Below are positions 36,535 through 46,403 of a DNA stretch of 64,000 nucleotides, piece after piece. A model generated the notes under the pieces. It was not told where the DNA came from. It did no database searches and worked only from the letters and a program-made list of their open reading frames with translations. Position 1 is the first letter of the stretch. Every line of letters begins with the position of its first letter. The position numbers and the translations under genes are program-made. This stretch comes from Bacteroidia bacterium (lineage in GTDB: Bacteria > Bacteroidota > Bacteroidia > Flavobacteriales > Flavobacteriaceae), in NCBI GenBank assembly GCA_030429955.1, contig JAUIGO010000011.1:3690-67689 (forward strand), given 5' to 3'.

Positions 36535-37184
36535 TACATTTCGGCAATTATGCTTTCGCCACCTTTAACTTTTTGGTTAAGTTGTACTTTAATATTGGTG
36601 TCTAAAGGTAAATATAAATCTACTCTCGAACCAAATTTTATAAACCCTTGATCTGCTCCTTGCGTTACAGTGTCATTTTCTTTGGCATAGTTTACAATAC
36701 GTTTTGCCAAAGCTCCAGCAACTTGTCTGAATAATACTTTGCCATAGGAAGCATTTTCTACCACAACTGTGGTTCGTTCGTTTTCGGTGCTTGATTTTGG
36801 ATGCCAAGCTACTAAATATTTTCCTGGATGATATTTGCTATAAAGCACTTTTCCACCAATTGGATAACGTGTAACATGTACATTTATTGGCGACATAAAC
36901 ACACTTACTTGTAAGCGTTTGTCTTTAAAATATTCGGTTTCTTCTACTTCTTCAATCACAACCACTTTACCATCCACTGGAGAGACAACATTGTTATCAT
37001 TTAAGCTTGTAAGACGTTTTGGGTTTCTAAAGAATTGCAAAATCAGAATAAAAAACACCAGAAACGCAATTTGTAGCAACATTCGTAACCAAGATATATT
37101 CACCAATGTATCAATCAATAAAATGGCAGCAACCACAATGGCTGTTGCTACTATAATAATTTTATGGCCTTCTTTATGAAACAT
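36534..37184 (-). CDS. psd: phosphatidylserine decarboxylase family protein (short form)
   Basis: N-terminal TM segments and the C-terminal FGSRVDLYLP processing-site region. Located next to cdsA. Confidence 0.8.
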   Translation of the reverse strand: MFHKEGHKIIIVATAIVVAAILLIDTLVNISWLRMLLQIAFLVFFILILQFFRNPKRLTSLNDNNVVSPVDGKVVVIEEVEETEYFKDKRLQVSVFMSPINVHVTRYPIGGKVLYSKYHPGKYLVAWHPKSSTENERTTVVVENASYGKVLFRQVAGALAKRIVNYAKENDTVTQGADQGFIKFGSRVDLYLPLDTNIKVQLNQKVKGGESIIAEM

Positions 37185-37995
37185 GTTTTATTAACCTTAA
37201 AAATAAATAAATAAATGGAGCAGCAAAAATAATACTATCTAAACGGTCAAGTAATCCACCATGTCCAGGCATGATTACGCCACTATCTTTAACACCAGCT
37301 TGTCGTTTGTATTTGGATTCTATCAAATCGCCTAAGGTGCCAAAAACACTTACAATTATAGCGAGTGCCAACCAATTGGTAAATTCAAAAGTATGCGAAT
37401 ATTTTGCAATAAAATAACTGCTCACACATGCAAAAAACAAGCCTCCTAAAAAGCCTTCAACCGTTTTTTTAGGTGAAATACTTGGAAACAGTTTTTGTTT
37501 TCCGAAATTTTTACCAACCAAATAGGCAAACGAATCGTTAACCCAAACTAAAATGAATGAACCCAATAGAATATTTGGGTTAAATTCTTCATAGTAATTA
37601 GCAATTAATATGATAAAAATAAAAGCACTTGATAAATAGAAGGTAGTATTGATGTATTTATTGGTAATGAAAAGCGGTAGCGACTTTGATGAAAACAAAT
37701 CTTTAATTAAAAACAGCATCACAAAAATAGTCACTACGTGTAAAATCTGAATGGCTTCAACAAAACCTTCTTTGCTTTCAACTACCAATTGCCAATATGC
37801 AAAAGCAAGGTAAAGGATAATGAAAATAACGTAGGAGCTGATTCCTTTTTGACTAATAAGCTTGTTGAATTCTGCAATGCAAATAATTCCGAAAACAAAA
37901 AACAATGCAATTAAAGCATGTTGTGATTGTAAGGATAGCAAGAATAATGCAGCATATAAAGCTCCTGAAATTGCTCTAACAATTAATTCTTTCAC
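37174..37995 (-). CDS. cdsA: phosphatidate cytidylyltransferase
   Basis: Signature SKYKRQAGVKDSGVIMPGHGGLLDRLDS. Polytopic membrane protein. Confidence 0.9.
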   Translation of the reverse strand: MKELIVRAISGALYAALFLLSLQSQHALIALFFVFGIICIAEFNKLISQKGISSYVIFIILYLAFAYWQLVVESKEGFVEAIQILHVVTIFVMLFLIKDLFSSKSLPLFITNKYINTTFYLSSAFIFIILIANYYEEFNPNILLGSFILVWVNDSFAYLVGKNFGKQKLFPSISPKKTVEGFLGGLFFACVSSYFIAKYSHTFEFTNWLALAIIVSVFGTLGDLIESKYKRQAGVKDSGVIMPGHGGLLDRLDSIIFAAPFIYLFLRLIKHVS

Positions 37996-38004
37996 GTGGT
38001 TGGC

Positions 38005-38613
38005 TTAAAGGTCTTCTAGTAGGAGCAAATATAAGTTTTTTGAACTACTTCCATAGCTTAAGAAATCTTTATCGTCACAAGCCTTAAAGTGCTTGATAGT
38101 AGTAATGTTAGAAGGTATTTTTTCTCTGTTTTTATTTTTGATACCTCTTAAACCTTCACTTATAGTTTCAACAAACTGGCTTGTGGTAGCGAATATGACA
38201 AAATTTTGAGGCAGTTCTTTTAGTTTTTTTTCAGCAATTTGATGAGAAGAAATAAGTAAAGAACCATCATTGGAAATCAAATATTCACAAGTGGATAAAA
38301 AATAAGCACAATCGTTAGAACGATTGTTTATTTTAAGATTATGTGATTTGAATTTTTCTGCAAGTCTGTTGTCAAAAAGCATGACATTGTCATCTTCCCA
38401 GCCATTTTCTGTTATAATCAATTTAAGGTTATCGTTTACTTCGTCTATATCTTCACAATACAAAAACTTACCTCCATTAGCTTTAAAATTGATAGTGAAA
38501 CGTTCATCAATAGGAAGCTTAATATCAGGCATGTATTTGCTGCGTTCCTCATTTTTTAGATGTTCTTGAGATTCGTCAGATTTTGGGCCGAAAATTTTAC
38601 GAAATAGACTCAT
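38005..38613 (-). CDS. LUD (LutC-like)-domain protein
   Basis: 202 aa. The conserved position between ftsH and cdsA in Flavobacteriia and the domain call are both from memory. Confidence 0.55.
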   Translation of the reverse strand: MSLFRKIFGPKSDESQEHLKNEERSKYMPDIKLPIDERFTINFKANGGKFLYCEDIDEVNDNLKLIITENGWEDDNVMLFDNRLAEKFKSHNLKINNRSNDCAYFLSTCEYLISNDGSLLISSHQIAEKKLKELPQNFVIFATTSQFVETISEGLRGIKNKNREKIPSNITTIKHFKACDDKDFLSYGSSSKNLYLLLLEDL

Positions 38614-38709
38614 TTAGGGTTTATGCTATTAACCAATTATCTACTTGATTTTACCAAATATATAAAATCTTATGTTAAGTGTTGGTAACTTTAAGATTTT
38701 TGTAAGGTT

Positions 38710-40698
38710 TTACTCCTCTTCAGAGCTTATCTTTTTGTCCTTTTCAGCATTTGCCTTTTTATCCTTTTCAGCATCTGCTATAACATCTTTTTCGAAAGGA
38801 CGTCTTCCAAATATCTTTTCCAGATTATCTTTGAAAATAACTTCTTTTTCAAGCAAGACTTCTGCAAGTTCGGTTAACTTGTCTTTGTTGTCTTCCAATA
38901 GTTTGATGGCACGTCGGTACTGAGTCTCAATAATATCAGAGATTTCCTTATCAATCAACTCAGCAGTTTGCTCACTGTAAGGTTTTGTAAAGCCATATTC
39001 ATTTTGGCCTGAGGAATCGTAGTACGTTAAGTTGCCTACTTTATCGCTTAAGCCATAAACTGTAACCATGGCTCTAGCTTGTTTGGTTACTTTTTCTAAA
39101 TCACTTAAAGCGCCTGTTGAAATTTTATTGAAAATCACTTTTTCAGCAGCACGACCACCAAGCGCAGCGCACATTTCGTCCAACATTTGCTCAGGATGTA
39201 CAATTAAGCGCTCTTCTGGCAAATACCAAGCAGCACCAAGCGAACGACCACGTGGTACAATGGTTACTTTTACCAAAGGCGCAGCATGCTCAAGCATCCA
39301 ACTTACGGTTGCATGACCAGCTTCGTGAAAGGCAACTGCTCTTTTTTCGGCAGGAGTAATGATTTTGTTTTTCTTTTCTAAACCTCCAACAATTCTATCA
39401 ACAGCATCTAGAAAATCTTGTTTATCTACAGCTTTTTTACCTTTTCTTGCTGCGATAAGTGCTGCTTCGTTACATACATTTGCTATATCTGCACCAGAAA
39501 AACCAGGTGTTTGTTTAGATAAGAAATCTAAATCCAATCCTTTGGCTTTTTTTAGAGGTCTTAAATGCACTTCAAATATTTCTTCACGTTCGCGAACGTC
39601 TGGAAGGTCTACAAATATTTGTCTATCAAAACGTCCAGCACGCATTAAGGCTTTATCTAATACATCAGCTCTGTTAGTTGCAGCTAACACAATAACGTTA
39701 GTATTTGAACCAAAACCATCCATTTCAGTTAAAAGTTGGTTTAATGTGTTTTCACGTTCGTCATTAGATCCTGAAAAATTATTTTTTCCTCTTGCACGAC
39801 CAATGGCATCAATTTCATCAATAAAAATAATGGCAGGTGATTTTTCTTTGGCTTGTTTGAACAAGTCACGTACTCTTGAAGCACCTACACCTACAAACAT
39901 CTCCACAAAATCTGAACCAGATAAAGAGTAAAAAGGCACTTTGGCTTCACCAGCAACGGCTTTGGCCAATAAGGTTTTTCCTGTTCCAGGAGGACCAATC
40001 AATAAAGCTCCTTTTGGGATTTTACCACCAAGTGATGTGTATTTTTCTGGATTTTTTAGGAAATCTACAATTTCCTGCACTTCTTCTTTAGCACCTTCTA
40101 ATCCTGCAACGTCTTTGAAGGTTGTTTTTACTTCTGTGTTTTGGTCAAAAAGTTTGGCTTTAGATTTTCCGATATTGAAAATTTGTCCACCAGCTCCACC
40201 ACCAGCTCCTGATGACATACGTCTCATGATGAATATCCAAACACCAATAATTAAAGCAAATGGCAATAAGGTTAGTAAGAAATCTCCCCAAACGTTTTCT
40301 TCAATTTTATAATCAACAATGGTTGCTAAATTATTTTCTGACTTAATTTGTCTAAGCGTATTTTCAAAGTTTTGAAGATCACCTAATTGAAATTCGTAAT
40401 TAGGTGTTTTGCCAGACATAGGCAGTAATTGTGGTTTCACGGAATTTTTATGCTCGCTGGAGCTTGCCGCTTCAGGTGTTAAATAGACTTGGGCTTCCCT
40501 TCGGTTGATGATTAAAACCTTTTCAACTTCACCATTACGTAAATATTCAAAAAATTTATCTTGAGTAGTTGGTGTTCCTGCTGAAGAACCCATTCCTCCT
40601 GAAAATACATTGATTGCTAAAAATATAACAATGATAAATCCGTAAATCCAGTAAGGACTTAATTTTGGCTTTTTATTTAAATTTTTCTTATCTGACAT
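38710..40698 (-). CDS. ftsH: ATP-dependent zinc metalloprotease FtsH
   Basis: Walker A GPPGTGKT, the AAA second region of homology, and Zn motif HEAGHA. Two N-terminal TM segments. Confidence 0.95.
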   Translation of the reverse strand: MSDKKNLNKKPKLSPYWIYGFIIVIFLAINVFSGGMGSSAGTPTTQDKFFEYLRNGEVEKVLIINRREAQVYLTPEAASSSEHKNSVKPQLLPMSGKTPNYEFQLGDLQNFENTLRQIKSENNLATIVDYKIEENVWGDFLLTLLPFALIIGVWIFIMRRMSSGAGGGAGGQIFNIGKSKAKLFDQNTEVKTTFKDVAGLEGAKEEVQEIVDFLKNPEKYTSLGGKIPKGALLIGPPGTGKTLLAKAVAGEAKVPFYSLSGSDFVEMFVGVGASRVRDLFKQAKEKSPAIIFIDEIDAIGRARGKNNFSGSNDERENTLNQLLTEMDGFGSNTNVIVLAATNRADVLDKALMRAGRFDRQIFVDLPDVREREEIFEVHLRPLKKAKGLDLDFLSKQTPGFSGADIANVCNEAALIAARKGKKAVDKQDFLDAVDRIVGGLEKKNKIITPAEKRAVAFHEAGHATVSWMLEHAAPLVKVTIVPRGRSLGAAWYLPEERLIVHPEQMLDEMCAALGGRAAEKVIFNKISTGALSDLEKVTKQARAMVTVYGLSDKVGNLTYYDSSGQNEYGFTKPYSEQTAELIDKEISDIIETQYRRAIKLLEDNKDKLTELAEVLLEKEVIFKDNLEKIFGRRPFEKDVIADAEKDKKANAEKDKKISSEEE

Positions 40699-40708
40699 TA
40701 ACTATGTT

Positions 40709-41080
40709 TTAGTAACTTGTTTTTATTTCGGTCATTTTTGCGTCTCCCCAAAGACTCTCAATATCATAATATTCTCTGATATGTTTTTGAAATACATGTA
40801 CGACCACATTGACATAATCCATTAAAACCCATTCGGCATTTTCACTACCTTCAATGTGCCAAGGCTTGTCTCTAAGTGTTTTACTTACTTTTTTTTGTAC
40901 GGAATTGACTATGGCATTAACTTGTGTGTTTGAAGTACCTTCGCAAACAATAAAATAGTCGCAAACAGTGTTTTCTATATCTCTTAAATCTAGAATATTT
41001 ATATGTTGTCCTTTTACATCTTCAATACCTTCCAATATGGTTGTTATCAATTGGTCAGCGCTCGTATTTTCTTTCGTCAT
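40709..41080 (-). CDS. rsfS: ribosome silencing factor RsfS
   Basis: 123 aa with the typical DYFIVCEGTSNTQV ... W.L.DY..VVVH.F pattern. Confidence 0.9.
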   Translation of the reverse strand: MTKENTSADQLITTILEGIEDVKGQHINILDLRDIENTVCDYFIVCEGTSNTQVNAIVNSVQKKVSKTLRDKPWHIEGSENAEWVLMDYVNVVVHVFQKHIREYYDIESLWGDAKMTEIKTSY

Positions 41081-41099
41081 TAATTTGTTTTAATTTGTG

Positions 41100-41107
41100 C
41101 AAAGTTA
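41100..41107 (-). promoter_or_regulatory. -7 promoter box (TAACTTTG on the minus strand) for the rsfS-ftsH unit
   Basis: Plus-strand caaagtta lies 19 nt upstream of the start at 41080. Confidence 0.5.
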
Positions 41108-41175
41108 TTACTTTTTGCTACAATGTACATGTAAAAAATCTTAAGAAATTTATAATTTAAAAAATCTTAATCTTT

Positions 41176-41904
41176 ATGCCTATAATCAAACTTAATGCCA
41201 TTGATTCCACAAATTCCTATTTAAGGCAATTATGTAATGAGAAGACGCTTAAGGACTATACCATAGTAGTTGCTAAGCACCAGACACAAGGACGTGGACA
41301 AATGGGTACTGTTTGGGACTCTGAAAAGGGTAAAAACCTGATGTTTAGCTTGTTTAAGGATTTGAGTATGCACGATGTTGAGTTTCCTTTTTACATTAGC
41401 ATGGCCATTTCTTTAGCGATTATTAAGACATTTAAGGCATTGAATATCCCTGATTTGACTATTAAATGGCCTAACGACATTTTGTCAGCAGATAAAAAGA
41501 TTTGTGGAATTTTAATTGAAAATGTCATAAAAAACAAACTAAACTCTACCATTATTGGGATTGGTGTCAATGTAAACCAGACCGAGTTTAAGAACCTTCC
41601 GAAAGCGTCATCACTAAAGAGTATTACTGGAGTTCACTATGATTTGGATGAAATTTTGCATAGTATTATAAATGATACTAAATATTATTCATTGCTTTTA
41701 CAGGAAGAGAAGTACGATGCAGTTAAAACTGAGTATGAAAATCTATTGTTTAGAAGAAATAAACCTTCAACATTTAAAAATACTGATGGTGAATTGTTTT
41801 CTGGTTTTATTAAAGGGGTCACTAAATATGGTAAGTTACAAGTTCTTTTAGAAGATGAAATTGTAAAAAAATTCGACCTTAAAGAAATTGAATTGCTTTA
41901 CTAA
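41176..41904 (+). CDS. birA: biotin--[acetyl-CoA-carboxylase] ligase
   Basis: Motifs QTQGRGQMGTVWDS and KWPNDI. No N-terminal HTH domain (group I). Confidence 0.85.
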   Translation: MPIIKLNAIDSTNSYLRQLCNEKTLKDYTIVVAKHQTQGRGQMGTVWDSEKGKNLMFSLFKDLSMHDVEFPFYISMAISLAIIKTFKALNIPDLTIKWPNDILSADKKICGILIENVIKNKLNSTIIGIGVNVNQTEFKNLPKASSLKSITGVHYDLDEILHSIINDTKYYSLLLQEEKYDAVKTEYENLLFRRNKPSTFKNTDGELFSGFIKGVTKYGKLQVLLEDEIVKKFDLKEIELLY

Positions 41905-42296
41905 ATGGCCTTTGGCATATTGGTAGCCAAGGTTTCAATGAATTTTGAAATAGGGCCTTTTATCATCATGGCCATCATAGGATTAAAATCACCTTCAAAA
42001 GATAAAGTAACTTCGCTTTTTCCCGCTTCAATTTCATTGATGTCTCCAGTTAATGAGAAATCCAGTTTTCCACCAGCTGCTCCTAAAACAATTTTGTTTG
42101 GAGGCACAACCTCTTTCTTTTTTAAGATGATTTCTGGCATGCCTTTTAAAGCAAATAGAAATTTGTCGTTTTCTAAAACTTCAAACTTACTGATATTTTC
42201 AGGCATTAATTTTTCAAAATTTTCAACATTCGATAAAAAATCAAAACAGTCTTGAGCTGATTTATCTATGGTTACTTTTGGAGATTCTAAATTCAT
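41901..42296 (-). CDS. small SRPBCC-like protein
   Basis: 131 aa with ordinary composition. The opposite-strand ORF 41905-42255 is low-complexity and was rejected. Confidence 0.55.
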   Translation of the reverse strand: MNLESPKVTIDKSAQDCFDFLSNVENFEKLMPENISKFEVLENDKFLFALKGMPEIILKKKEVVPPNKIVLGAAGGKLDFSLTGDINEIEAGKSEVTLSFEGDFNPMMAMMIKGPISKFIETLATNMPKAI

Positions 42297-42385
42297 TATA
42301 ATGTTTGTTGTTAAGTCGTTAAGTTGTTTGTTGTTTAGTTATTGGTCAAAAACGACTCTATAACTAAACGACATACACCTCAACA

Positions 42386-43030
42386 TCAATTAGCGTTCCA
42401 TTCACTCGGATTGGCATTCCATTGTGACAACGTTGCCAATTCTTTTTTGTTAATGTAATTGGTGTCCAGAGCTTGCTCTAACAAATTTTCGTAATTGCTA
42501 AGTGTGTGAAGTGTTATGTGCTCTTTTTCAAAATTCTTATTCGCTATATCAAATCCGTAAGAAAAAATTGCAACCATACCTTTTACGTTCACTTCAGCTT
42601 CTTTTAATGCTCTTACAGCATTGAGGCTACTTTTTCCAGTACTAATTAAATCTTCAACAACAACAACGCTTTGTCCTTTTTCAATATGACCTTCTATTAG
42701 GTTTTTGCGACCATGACCTTTGGGTTCTGGTCTCACATAAATAAAAGGCAAGCCTAAATACTCTGCAACTAAAGCGCCAATACCAATAGCTCCTGTGGCA
42801 ACACCAGCAATTACATCTGGTTTTCCATAGTGCTTTTCAATGTGTTTGGCTATTTTTTCGCGAATGTAGTTTCTAATTGGTGGATAAGAAAGTACAATTC
42901 TGTTATCGCAATAAATTGGAGATTTCCATCCAGAAGCCCAAGTAAAAGGATCATTCGGACTTAATTTGATGGCGTTTATCTGAAGCAAAACTTCAGCAGT
43001 TTTTTTGGCAATAGTCTTGTTGGCAATCAT
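42386..43030 (-). CDS. pyrE: orotate phosphoribosyltransferase
   Basis: PRPP-binding motif VVVVEDLISTGKS. Length is 214 aa. Confidence 0.9.
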   Translation of the reverse strand: MIANKTIAKKTAEVLLQINAIKLSPNDPFTWASGWKSPIYCDNRIVLSYPPIRNYIREKIAKHIEKHYGKPDVIAGVATGAIGIGALVAEYLGLPFIYVRPEPKGHGRKNLIEGHIEKGQSVVVVEDLISTGKSSLNAVRALKEAEVNVKGMVAIFSYGFDIANKNFEKEHITLHTLSNYENLLEQALDTNYINKKELATLSQWNANPSEWNAN

Positions 43031-43034
43031 ATTG

Positions 43035-43042
43035 CAAAACTA
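43035..43042 (-). promoter_or_regulatory. -7 promoter box (TAGTTTTG on the minus strand) only 4 nt from the pyrE ATG (leaderless candidate)
   Basis: Plus-strand caaaacta at 43035-43042. The start codon is at 43028-43030. Confidence 0.4.
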
Positions 43043-43157
43043 AGCATAAATTTAATTTTAGGGAATTAAAACATTCTAATTAAAATATTTTTTTAAAGAA
43101 GTGCCTCATTGTATTAAAAAATGATATTTTTACCATTGCCAATATCTTGTGCACTCC

Positions 43158-43739
43158 ATGTATAAAGTTTTTGTTAACGACAAACCTATCATATTAACCT
43201 CTGAAATTTCAGAGGATAAACTTTATAAAACCTATCCTTTAAAATATGTTGATTTGCCAAAAGTGGTTAGAGACCTTAAGCGAGGAAACAATAAAGGTGT
43301 TTATTTATATCACAAAAACAAAGACAAACTTTTAAAGAAATTTCTTAAAAAATTTCCGAATGTTATTGCTGGAGGCGGAAAAGTTTACAACGATAAAGGC
43401 AAGGTGTTATTCATTTTTAGAAATGATAAATGGGATTTGCCTAAAGGACGTATTGAAAACAACGAATCTATTGAAGAAGGTGCTATACGTGAGGTTGAAG
43501 AAGAAACAGGAGTGAAAAACCTAAGTATAACCAAGCCATTGCAAACGACCTATCACATTTTTAAACGTAACAGACGTTATAAAATAAAAATCACCTATTG
43601 GTTTGAAATGCAGACTACTTATGATGGTGAATTAAAACCTGAAGCTTCTGAAGGGATTACCAAAGTAAAATGGCTGGGAAAGAAAAAACAAGCCAAAGCC
43701 TTGAAAAACAGCTATGCTAATATAAGGGAGTTGTTGTAA
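43158..43739 (+). CDS. NUDIX hydrolase
   Basis: Nudix box GRIENNESIEEGAIREVEEETG. ATG at 43158 preferred over the GTG at 43149. Confidence 0.8.
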   Translation: MYKVFVNDKPIILTSEISEDKLYKTYPLKYVDLPKVVRDLKRGNNKGVYLYHKNKDKLLKKFLKKFPNVIAGGGKVYNDKGKVLFIFRNDKWDLPKGRIENNESIEEGAIREVEEETGVKNLSITKPLQTTYHIFKRNRRYKIKITYWFEMQTTYDGELKPEASEGITKVKWLGKKKQAKALKNSYANIRELL

Positions 43740-43800
43740 GTGGGATCTTCAGAAGTAGGCCAGACTAGCAATAAATTATTTACAGTGTTAGCATAAGTGA

Positions 43801-44421
43801 TTAATATTTTTTGTGAATCCCAAAACCATAAACTATTCCTAAACCTACAAAGCTATTTTTAGAAATATTTCCAACTAATTTAAATCCAAAGTTACGTCCA
43901 AAAGAAGTTGGTTCTCCAACTGGAATTATACCATAAATCCTATATCTCTTTTTTTTAGATTTAAACCATTTAAAATTTAATTCAATTGGCAATCCGATAT
44001 AATTGTTTTTAATAGTAATTCGTTCATTGTTCTCATCAGTTATTTGGTTTGAATAATTGTTCAAGGATACACCTCCAGAAACACTTAACGATGAACCATC
44101 ATAAATCCATCTTTTACCATAAAGTAAACCAATTTCTTTTTGATTATTTTTTTCTCTAATTATTGGAATTGGTGTAAAAGGTGATAAGAATACTGCATCT
44201 GATTCTAATTGTATATGTTCTAAATACCTAATAGAAAACAAATTGCTTTTGAATTGATAATTTAATTCTGCACCTAATAAAAAGCCTCCTTTACCATTAA
44301 TTTCTCCTGCTCCACCAAATATAAATTCTCCAAAAATTATTGGCTCATTATTTTCCGTCTTTTTTTGCGAGTAAATGTTGACAGAAAAAAAAGTGAATAA
44401 AATGATTATAGTCTTTTTCAT
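43801..44421 (-). CDS. secreted hypothetical protein, possibly a small outer-membrane beta-barrel
   Basis: Signal peptide MKKTIIILFTFFSVNIYSQ. Alternating hydrophobic pattern and G/Y-rich strands. Confidence 0.45.
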   Translation of the reverse strand: MKKTIIILFTFFSVNIYSQKKTENNEPIIFGEFIFGGAGEINGKGGFLLGAELNYQFKSNLFSIRYLEHIQLESDAVFLSPFTPIPIIREKNNQKEIGLLYGKRWIYDGSSLSVSGGVSLNNYSNQITDENNERITIKNNYIGLPIELNFKWFKSKKKRYRIYGIIPVGEPTSFGRNFGFKLVGNISKNSFVGLGIVYGFGIHKKY

Positions 44422-44541
44422 ATTGTTTCTCCTCATCGATGCTAATTTAAGGCGTATATGTAATGTTTCAATGTTTTATAAACGACGTTAAACGAAGGTC
44501 GACTATTTTTTTAAAAAGTCAAGTTTAAATAATTTAGAATA

Positions 44542-45126
44542 TTAGCCAGAATAATAATTTGTTAAGATAGAGTCTAAAGGCTCTTTACCTTTAATAATGT
44601 TTTCAATTTTAAGCCAAAGAGAATCGTGAATTAATGTTTTTAAAGGTTGTTCTTGTACTACTATTTTTCCAAACACCTTTTCTATTTTTTTGTCCCAAAC
44701 CTTGTAGTATTTTGCTAAATCGTCTGGATACACCGTTTTTCGTTTTGTGCCTTCGTCAATGCCTTTAAAGGGCTCAGAAATATTCAGGTAACCATAATCA
44801 TCAGTTAATTGTTCTCCTGGATGTATGTCTCTAATGGCAATTTCAAAATCATAAGCCGTTGTTAAACAATTGGAATTGAAACTGTGGTTGACAAAACGAC
44901 CAATGTCCCAGCACAACACATAGTTGCCTTTGTTGTTTCTGTACGTATAAGTGTCTAGAATATTTTGATAGATTGGTTCTAAATTTTTAACGTCTTCTGG
45001 AGTAAATTCCCTATCAAACTTATCCAACACCCAAGTGATGGTTCCAGCAGGAATAAAGTCTGTGGCTACAACACCATAGCCAACCTCTTCACTTATAAAT
45101 TTTAATTCTGTTTTTGGATGTATCAT
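44542..45126 (-). CDS. SET-domain protein (putative lysine methyltransferase)
   Basis: Motifs GYGVVATDFIPAGT, RFVNHSFNSNC and GEQLTDDYG match the SET-domain core. Confidence 0.75.
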   Translation of the reverse strand: MIHPKTELKFISEEVGYGVVATDFIPAGTITWVLDKFDREFTPEDVKNLEPIYQNILDTYTYRNNKGNYVLCWDIGRFVNHSFNSNCLTTAYDFEIAIRDIHPGEQLTDDYGYLNISEPFKGIDEGTKRKTVYPDDLAKYYKVWDKKIEKVFGKIVVQEQPLKTLIHDSLWLKIENIIKGKEPLDSILTNYYSG

Positions 45127-45132
45127 TGGTTA

Positions 45133-45720
45133 TTAATTCTTATTATAAGTATTAAATATTAGATTAAGATCATTATTTAATTCCAACCAATATTGAAGCT
45201 TTGTGTCAATTAATTGTTGTACTTCAAGATTGTCTTTGTAAAAGTCTTTTAGTTCACTTTTAAACTTCTTATTCAATATATTTCTTAAAAAAAGATAAGT
45301 GCTGTCTGCTTTTTCAAAGGTATAAAATACTTGGTTTGAGCTAAATGCTCCTCCAGTACCATCAATATAAATTCCGTATTGATACAGACTTGATTTAGGT
45401 CCAACAAAGACAGGTGATAAAAATTTGTTTGTACCATCTTTTATTGGTTTTGATACAAATGTATAATTGAGATCTTCATTGGTAAATCCATAGCCTTTAA
45501 TATCATTAGGAGTAAAGTCTAATGCAGTATTATTGCTGTCTATAACTTGAACTTTTTTTGTAAAGTCATTATTAGCTTGTCCAAAAAGACCTTTTCGTAT
45601 TCTAATGTCAGCCTTGATGGTATCATTATTTTGTGTGATATAATATCCTGATACTGTTGATTGTGCAAAAGTAGTTACAATAACAAAAATGAAGATGTGT
45701 AAAGCAATGAGATATTTCAT
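45133..45720 (-). CDS. secreted hypothetical protein
   Basis: Signal peptide. Its start overlaps the stop of the upstream gene (ATGA). Confidence 0.55.
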   Translation of the reverse strand: MKYLIALHIFIFVIVTTFAQSTVSGYYITQNNDTIKADIRIRKGLFGQANNDFTKKVQVIDSNNTALDFTPNDIKGYGFTNEDLNYTFVSKPIKDGTNKFLSPVFVGPKSSLYQYGIYIDGTGGAFSSNQVFYTFEKADSTYLFLRNILNKKFKSELKDFYKDNLEVQQLIDTKLQYWLELNNDLNLIFNTYNKN

Positions 45721-46403
45721 TTTTTAATAATTAAGTGTTGTAATGCAGAAAATAAAACAGCTTTAATTTTTGAATTCATCACATTATCTTTTGCATATTT
45801 CTGATTAATTTCCAGTTCTATTCCTAAATAATGCTTTGGAAATTGTTTGCGCAAATAGGTGGTAAAACCATCTGCCTTACCTAAATAAGGATAATTGAAA
45901 CGCACGTTTAATGTGTTGTCAATTTGTGATAATTCATTCTTAAGTTGTTTGCAAAACTCTTTTTCTTCAAGCTTTCTTGAGTCATATAATAAGCCAATAT
46001 CACATTGTCTTTCTTCTCCGTTTAAATTTGGTGTAAATGAATGTACAGATACATGTAACACTGTTTGTCTTTCTTCTATGAATTTCCTTATGGTTGATTC
46101 CACCTCATTTCTATACACCAAATAGTAGTCTGAAATTAGAAGTTCTTTATCAGTTTTCGGGAGTATTTTGGAGTATTCTGAAAACAGATTTTTGTGATGT
46201 AGTGATCTGTTTAGTTCAATCAATAATCTACTGGTTTCACTAAGCTTTGAAGCATCAGCTAATGATTTTAAATGACGAAATACGTCTAGTGAACCTAAGT
46301 CGTAACCTCTATGCGATTGCAATACAGTTTTATCATGAAACAAATGTTGATGTTTTTGAGGAATAACATTTCCTCCATGCTCACAAGTTAGCACAAGTTT
46401 CAC
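45717..46403 (-). CDS. N-formylglutamate amidohydrolase (FGase)-family protein
   Basis: N-terminal LTCEHGGNVIP, plus HSF and LGIELE motifs. The GTG start overlaps the stop of the upstream gene (GTGA). Confidence 0.75.
   Translation of the reverse strand: MKLVLTCEHGGNVIPQKHQHLFHDKTVLQSHRGYDLGSLDVFRHLKSLADASKLSETSRLLIELNRSLHHKNLFSEYSKILPKTDKELLISDYYLVYRNEVESTIRKFIEERQTVLHVSVHSFTPNLNGEERQCDIGLLYDSRKLEEKEFCKQLKNELSQIDNTLNVRFNYPYLGKADGFTTYLRKQFPKHYLGIELEINQKYAKDNVMNSKIKAVLFSALQHLIIKK

Noticed and set aside
38716-38790. Short tandem duplication at the 3' end of ftsH (encodes [16 protein letters not shown])
   Set aside because: It is only two imperfect 24-nt units in a low-complexity acidic/basic tail, which is common in FtsH C-termini and unlikely to be functionally special.
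39359-40312. Plus-strand ORFs of 190 aa (39359-39931), 71 aa and 123 aa inside the ftsH region
   Set aside because: They are antisense shadow ORFs of a clearly conserved FtsH CDS. Their translations are low-complexity (S/P/A/K-rich) and have no motifs.
41905-42255. 116-aa plus-strand ORF overlapping the SRPBCC-like gene
   Set aside because: The translation is S/F/K-rich and low-complexity. The minus-strand product has ordinary globular composition and fits between birA and pyrE.
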